Assembly (NCBI GenBank): GCA_943359485.1
Contig: CALRHR010000002.1
Location: 24,992-88,991 of the forward strand
Origin: Candidatus Nomurabacteria bacterium
GTDB lineage: Bacteria > Patescibacteriota > Minisyncoccia > Phycocordibacterales > UBA9973
Direction of reading: 5' to 3'
DNA length: 64,000 nt
In this document: in pieces, positions 59,129 to 64,000 of the stretch
How the letters are laid out: every line of letters starts with the position of its first letter
Position numbering within the stretch: the stretch's first letter is position 1
Notes under the pieces: generated by a model
What the model was told of the DNA's origin: nothing
What the model saw: the letters and a program-made list of their open reading frames with translations, nothing else
Databases searched by the model: none
Program-made: the position numbers and the translations under genes

Positions 59129-62053
59129 ATGATTTCTCGTATTTATGTGGTGCCTAAATCTGGAGCAACTAGGGCGGATTCTTATTTGCTTGACTCAAAA
59201 TTATCCAAAAAAGAGATCAAGAAACTGGCTGAGGCACTCGCCAATCCAATACTAGAAAACTACTATATAGATGAATCCCCAACAGTGGGGAATTTTTCTT
59301 TTGCGATCGAAATAGGTTTTAAGCCAGGGGTAACGGACAATGTTGGGAACACCGTGAAAGAAATTGCCAAAGATTTACTGCGCACAAAAAATAATTCTGA
59401 ATTTCAGGTTTACACTTCAAAAATTTTCTTCGTCTCCGGTTCAAAAAAAGATGCGGAGGAATTTGCCAGTTCGCTATATAACCCACTGATTGAGCGCGCC
59501 ACAGTTGTGTCAGTAAAAAATGGAACAATAAATTTCCCCACCCAAATGCCAAAAGTAATTCTCAAAAAAAGAAAGTCTGTGATAAATGTTTCCCTGAATG
59601 TTCCCAATGAAGAACTGATAAGAATAGGCAAAGAGGGGGTAATGGATCCAGATGGTACAAGAAGGGGTCCTTTGGCACTTGATTTATCGAGTATGCAGGT
59701 GATTCGTGATTATTTTAAAAAATTAAAGAGGAGCCCAACAGATATCGAGCTCGAATCTTTAGCACAAACATGGTCTGAACACTGCAAACACACGATTTTT
59801 GCAAATCCAATTGACGATATCAAAGATGGTTTGTATAAAACTTACATCAAAGGCGCGACAAATTTAATCCGCAAGCAAAAAAGCCAGAGAGGTCAGCAGG
59901 ATTTTTGTGTTTCTGTTTTCAGTGATAATTCCGGTGGAATAATTTTTGAAAAAGATTATTTAATCACGCATAAAGTAGAAACTCATAATAGTCCTTCCGC
60001 GCTCGACCCATTTGGTGGGGCCATCACCGGCATCGTAGGAGTGAATCGGGACACTATCGGCTTTGGATTAGGTGCTAAGCCCGTAGCAAATACTTATGGA
60101 TTTTGTTTTGGGTATCCAGAAGATAAAAGAAAATTATTCAAAAATAAAGACAAGAATGGCAACCCAACAAACCTCATGCTACCTCCGAGTAGAATCATGG
60201 ATGGAGTAATTAAGGGCATCAATGCTGGCGGAAACTGTTCCGGAATTCCGACTCTCAATGGATTTGTAAAATATGACGACAGGTATCGAGGTAAACCTCT
60301 GGTCTTCGCTGGAACTGTGGGGTTGATTCCACGAAAGTTGGGGACAAAATTTTTACACGAAAAAAAAGCCCGAGTTGGGGACTATATAGTGGTAGTTGGC
60401 GGAAAAGTTGGCCTCGACGGAGTGCATGGCGCTACATTTTCATCAGTGGCACTTGATTCAAATTCTCCAGCAACCGCAGTGCAGATAGGTGATCCGATTA
60501 CACAAAAAAAATTAAGTGACGCAATAGTAAAAGAAGCACGCGACATGAATTTATACCACAGCATCACCGACAACGGTGCAGGAGGAATTTCCTGTTCAGT
60601 AGCCGAAATGGCCAAGGAGTGTGGAGGAGCTGAAGTAAATCTTGAAAAAGTTCCGCTTAAATATCTTGGTCTGCGTCCTTGGGAAATTTGGATTTCAGAG
60701 TCCCAAGAGCGCATGACGCTTGCTGTACCTCCAAAAAAGTGGAAAAAATTTAAAGCGTTACTAGAGAGCCGTGGAGTTGAAGCGATGGCAATCGGGGAAT
60801 TTACGAATTCCAGAAAATGCGTAGTAAATTACAACGGCAAAAAAATAATGGATATGGATATGGAATTTCTACATAATGGATTACCAAAACAGCACTTACA
60901 AACAGAAAAAATTATACCCCCTCCTTTCTCCTCCCCCTACAGTAGGGGGAGGTTGGGTAGGGGTAATGATTACACCAAAACTTTGGAAACTCTACTTGGA
61001 AATATTAATTTAAGTGGATTTTCATTTATTTCACAACAATACGATCATGAAGTGCAAGGCTCTTCTGTGCTAAAACCTCTTTCCGGAAAGGGGCGTATAA
61101 ATACGGATGCGCAAATTTTTAAACCAGTTTTAAATTCAAACAAAGGAGTTGTCTTATCATCTGCGCTGTATCCTTCATATGGTGATATCAGCACTTACGA
61201 TATGGCTGCTTGCGCGCTCGACACTGCTGTCCGAAATACGATAGCTTGTGGCGGTAAATTGTCGCACTTGGCAATTTTAGATAATTTTTGCTGGTGCTCT
61301 TCTCACGACCCAAAACGGCTAGCGCAACTCGTGGATTCTGTAAAAGCTTGTTATGACTACGCGGTCGGCTACGGTACACCTTTTATCTCTGGTAAGGATA
61401 GCATGTTTAATGATTTTAAAGGTTATGACGAGAAAGGAAATCCTATCGCGATCTCTATTCCACCGACACTTCTGATATCTTCCATTGGAGTAATGCCCGA
61501 CATTTACAAAACTGTTTCGCCAGAATTTAAAAATAGTGGAGATATAATTTATTTACTCGGAGAGACAAAAGACGAACTTGGTGGTAGTAAATATTTAAAA
61601 ATGCTTACCCGCCGTAGCCTTGGCGAAGGCCGGGTCCCACAAGTTGATATTCAGAAGAATTTGAAAACTTACAAAGCTCTAGAGCAAGTTATAGAGCAGG
61701 AATTGGTAGCTTCGGCACTTTCTGTGACTTCGGGAGGTCTTGCAATAGCGCTCGCCAAAGCTTGCATAGGTGGAATGCTCGGCGCTAAAATTAGTGCGAC
61801 AAGCATACTGGAAGAATCAACCTCCTCTGAGGTAAAACTTTTTTCCGAAAGCCAGGGAAGAATTTTAGTATCTGTCTCGCCCAAAAATGTAAAAGAATTT
61901 GAAAAAATGATGAAAGGAGTTCCTTGTGCGAAGCTAGGAAAAGTTTCCAAAGGTAAAGAAGTAGTAGTTACTGATGGGAAGAATAAAATAATCAACACAA
62001 CCGTTAAAAATTTATACAAAATTTACCATAGATTTTCTAATTCTCAAAAATGA
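59129..62053 (+). CDS. purL: Phosphoribosylformylglycinamidine synthase (PurL, with N-terminal PurS-like domain)
   Basis: AIR-synthase-related duplicated domains (WSEHCKH, HNSPSALDPFGGAITG, DNGAGG). 974 aa. It contains a GC-rich in-frame insert (PPPFSSPYSRGRLGRGN). Confidence 0.88.
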   Translation: MISRIYVVPKSGATRADSYLLDSKLSKKEIKKLAEALANPILENYYIDESPTVGNFSFAIEIGFKPGVTDNVGNTVKEIAKDLLRTKNNSEFQVYTSKIFFVSGSKKDAEEFASSLYNPLIERATVVSVKNGTINFPTQMPKVILKKRKSVINVSLNVPNEELIRIGKEGVMDPDGTRRGPLALDLSSMQVIRDYFKKLKRSPTDIELESLAQTWSEHCKHTIFANPIDDIKDGLYKTYIKGATNLIRKQKSQRGQQDFCVSVFSDNSGGIIFEKDYLITHKVETHNSPSALDPFGGAITGIVGVNRDTIGFGLGAKPVANTYGFCFGYPEDKRKLFKNKDKNGNPTNLMLPPSRIMDGVIKGINAGGNCSGIPTLNGFVKYDDRYRGKPLVFAGTVGLIPRKLGTKFLHEKKARVGDYIVVVGGKVGLDGVHGATFSSVALDSNSPATAVQIGDPITQKKLSDAIVKEARDMNLYHSITDNGAGGISCSVAEMAKECGGAEVNLEKVPLKYLGLRPWEIWISESQERMTLAVPPKKWKKFKALLESRGVEAMAIGEFTNSRKCVVNYNGKKIMDMDMEFLHNGLPKQHLQTEKIIPPPFSSPYSRGRLGRGNDYTKTLETLLGNINLSGFSFISQQYDHEVQGSSVLKPLSGKGRINTDAQIFKPVLNSNKGVVLSSALYPSYGDISTYDMAACALDTAVRNTIACGGKLSHLAILDNFCWCSSHDPKRLAQLVDSVKACYDYAVGYGTPFISGKDSMFNDFKGYDEKGNPIAISIPPTLLISSIGVMPDIYKTVSPEFKNSGDIIYLLGETKDELGGSKYLKMLTRRSLGEGRVPQVDIQKNLKTYKALEQVIEQELVASALSVTSGGLAIALAKACIGGMLGAKISATSILEESTSSEVKLFSESQGRILVSVSPKNVKEFEKMMKGVPCAKLGKVSKGKEVVVTDGKNKIINTTVKNLYKIYHRFSNSQK
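60916..60966 (+). repeat. GC-rich palindromic mini-element, family C/D, inserted in frame in purL
   Basis: accccctcctttctcctccccctacagtagggggaggttgggtaggggta, with stem ctccccc/gggggag. Confidence 0.65.
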
Positions 62054-63756
62054 AAACTGAAACTAGGAATTGCCAAAACTGTAAAAAAGACTTTGTAATA
62101 GAGACGGACGATTTTTCTTTTTACGAAAAAATAAAAGTGCCACCTCCAACTTTTTGCCCTGAATGCCGTTCCGTAAGACGCATGAGCAGCACAAATGAAC
62201 GTGTTTTATATAAAAGAAAATGTGATCTTACAGGCGAGCCGATTTTTAGTATGTACACTGAAGATGCCCCGTTTCCTGTATATAAAACCAGCAAGTGGTA
62301 TTCTGACGAATGGGATCCATACCAATACGGGCAAGAATACAACTTTTCTAAATCATTTTTTGAGCAATTTTTAGAGTTGAGAAATAAAGTGCCAAAGATG
62401 GCGCTTGTTCGGCAAGGATTCTCTGCTAATAGTGAATATACCCATCGTGTTACTGATATGAAGAATTCATACATGGTTTTTCGTATGACTCGCAGTACTG
62501 ATTCTATGTACAGCTATATCGGGAAAGACCTGATGGATTCAGCTGACTGTTTTACGATTTCGGCAGTTGAATTGTGTTACGAATGTATTGACTGCAATAA
62601 ATGCTATAAGACAAGATTTGCGCAAGAATGCGTAGAATGCCGCGAATCAATGTTTTTGTATGCCTGCAAAAATTGCTCTAACTGTGTTGGTTGTGTAAAT
62701 TTAATAAACAAAGAATATCATATTTTTAATGAGCCATATACCAGAGAAGTATATCTTGAAAAATTAAAGGAATTGAGACTAAATACATATTCGGGGATTG
62801 AAGAGATGAAGGGAAAATTTGAAGAATTTAGAAAGAAATTTCCACAGCGTGCAATAATGTCTCTAAAATCTAACAATGTTTCGGGCAACTGGTTCACTAA
62901 CTGCGAGAATGTTAAAAATTCTTTTTGGTGTTTGGACTTGAAAGATTGTAGATATATTTATTTCTCTTTTTCAGCACAAGATTGTATGGATTATTTTCAA
63001 TGGGGTAACGCTTCCGAACTTGTATACGAGTCCGAAAACTGCGGTATAAATTGTTCGAGAATTTATTTTTGTACTCAATGCTGGACTGGCGCACATGATT
63101 TATTCTATTGCGATTCTTGCCCAAGCTCTAGTAACTGTTTCGGTTGTATAGGATTAAAAAAGGGAGAATATGCGATTTTGAATAAAAGATATACAAAAGA
63201 GGAATACGAAAAAATGCTACCGCAAGTAATTGAACATATGAAAACTATGCCTTATATAGATAAAAGAGGGATAGAATATAAATTTGGAGAACATTTTCCT
63301 TACGAGCTTTCACCCTTTGCTTATAACGAAACGGCAGCTATTGATTTTTATCCATTATCCAAAGAAGAAGCGATTTCCCGAGGGTATAAATGGAAAGAAA
63401 AAGAAAAGAAAAATTATACGACTACCATGAAAGGTTCTGCCTTACCTGAAACAATAAACGAAGTGAGCGACTCTATCTTAAACGAAGTGATTGAGTGTGC
63501 TGATAAAGATCAGCCATATTCTGTCGGTGCTTATCGTATTACACAAAACGAGCTTTCTTTTTATCGCAGAATGGATTTACCGCTACCGAGAGTCTGTTTT
63601 GATGTTCGTCACACACGTCGTCTATACAAGCGCCCACCACTTCGCACAATCAAACGCTTGTGCTCAAAATGCAATGTGGAAGTAGAAACAGTTTACGATG
63701 AAAAATACTCCCCGATAGTTTATTGTGAAAAATGTTATCAGCAAGAAATATATTAA
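62050..63756 (+). CDS. Cys-rich protein of unknown function (multiple CxxC / zinc-ribbon-like motifs) wedged between purL and purQ
   Basis: 568 aa. It has an N-terminal CQNCKK...CPECRS, central clusters CYECIDCNKCYK, CVECRES..CKNCSNCVGC and CTQC...CDSCPSSSNCFGC, and a C-terminal CSKCN...CEKC. Its ATGA start overlaps the purL stop, and purQ starts 3 nt after its stop. Confidence 0.6.
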   Translation: MKTETRNCQNCKKDFVIETDDFSFYEKIKVPPPTFCPECRSVRRMSSTNERVLYKRKCDLTGEPIFSMYTEDAPFPVYKTSKWYSDEWDPYQYGQEYNFSKSFFEQFLELRNKVPKMALVRQGFSANSEYTHRVTDMKNSYMVFRMTRSTDSMYSYIGKDLMDSADCFTISAVELCYECIDCNKCYKTRFAQECVECRESMFLYACKNCSNCVGCVNLINKEYHIFNEPYTREVYLEKLKELRLNTYSGIEEMKGKFEEFRKKFPQRAIMSLKSNNVSGNWFTNCENVKNSFWCLDLKDCRYIYFSFSAQDCMDYFQWGNASELVYESENCGINCSRIYFCTQCWTGAHDLFYCDSCPSSSNCFGCIGLKKGEYAILNKRYTKEEYEKMLPQVIEHMKTMPYIDKRGIEYKFGEHFPYELSPFAYNETAAIDFYPLSKEEAISRGYKWKEKEKKNYTTTMKGSALPETINEVSDSILNEVIECADKDQPYSVGAYRITQNELSFYRRMDLPLPRVCFDVRHTRRLYKRPPLRTIKRLCSKCNVEVETVYDEKYSPIVYCEKCYQQEIY

Positions 63757-63758
63757 TT

Positions 63759-64000
63759 ATGAGAAAAAAACCAATACATTCGCATAGCTCAGCATCTTCG
63801 GCTAAAAAGCCTCGAATTATAATCATGTCCGGATACGGACTCAATTGCGAAGAGGAGACCAAATTTGCTTTTGAAACTGCGGGCGGGGCCGCGGACATTG
63901 TGCATATTAACGACTTAATCAAGAAACCGAAAATACTCTCAAGCTACCAGATATTGGTTTTTCCTGGTGGATTTTCTTATGGCGATGACACAGGCAGTGG
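63759..64000 (+). CDS. purQ: Phosphoribosylformylglycinamidine synthase glutamine amidotransferase subunit PurQ (5' part; continues beyond the window)
   Basis: MRKKPIHS...PRIIIMSGYGLNCEEETKFAFETAGG...ILVFPGGFSYGDD is the class I GATase N-terminus of PurQ. Confidence 0.8.
   Translation, partial: MRKKPIHSHSSASSAKKPRIIIMSGYGLNCEEETKFAFETAGGAADIVHINDLIKKPKILSSYQILVFPGGFSYGDDTGS

Overview
This is an AT-rich, gene-dense stretch of chromosome coded mostly on the plus strand. Its gene content suggests a reduced-genome Patescibacteria/CPR-like bacterium; this is an inference from compact housekeeping proteins, a small Obg/DnaX/HolB, an RRM protein, and many starts that lack a Shine-Dalgarno sequence or look leaderless. 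No database search was run.

Recognisable content, in order:
- obg, then a MacAB-like efflux trio (adaptor, FtsX permease, ATPase)
- gatB, a class II fba, and a hypothetical/ArsR/FAD-oxidase cluster
- rplY, a secreted coiled-coil lytic-transglycosylase-like protein, rpmE and prfA
- an RRM protein and a lone GGDEF protein
- tRNA-Ile, followed by a ~4.4 kb island-like segment holding a 1140-aa cohesin/PG-binding/beta-helix/dockerin surface protein and a degenerate hicBA pair; the segment ends at a 17-bp copy of the tRNA 3' end
- an asparaginase-family gene
- a complete F1Fo ATP synthase operon (atpI-B-E-F-H-A-G-D-C) interrupted between atpA and atpG by an intact hicB-hicA cassette flanked by a 27-bp duplication of the atpG start
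- rsmI, mreB, a holB-like gene, frr, rseP and an M24 peptidase
- a tandem-duplicated D-Ala-D-Ala ligase followed by alr
- rpmG and tRNA-Trp, a DedA protein, miaA, murA and tRNA-Leu
- parB, a short Rel, topA and dprA
- serS, an FtsQ-like protein, dus, dnaX and tRNA-Gln
- LapA-like, MazG-like and Ogt-like genes, then pgl, zwf, guaB and purA
- purL, a 568-aa Cys-rich protein of unknown function, and the start of purQ

The most unusual signal is a family of short GC-rich palindromic elements in this otherwise AT-rich sequence. Several are inserted in frame inside housekeeping genes (rsmI, dnaX, purL, dus twice, miaA) and others lie in intergenic spacers, resembling Rickettsia-type palindromic elements. 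Recurrent CTAG-rich intergenic motifs, an (AGCCTAA)4 heptamer array immediately before two start codons, and a duplicated promoter-like element were also seen.
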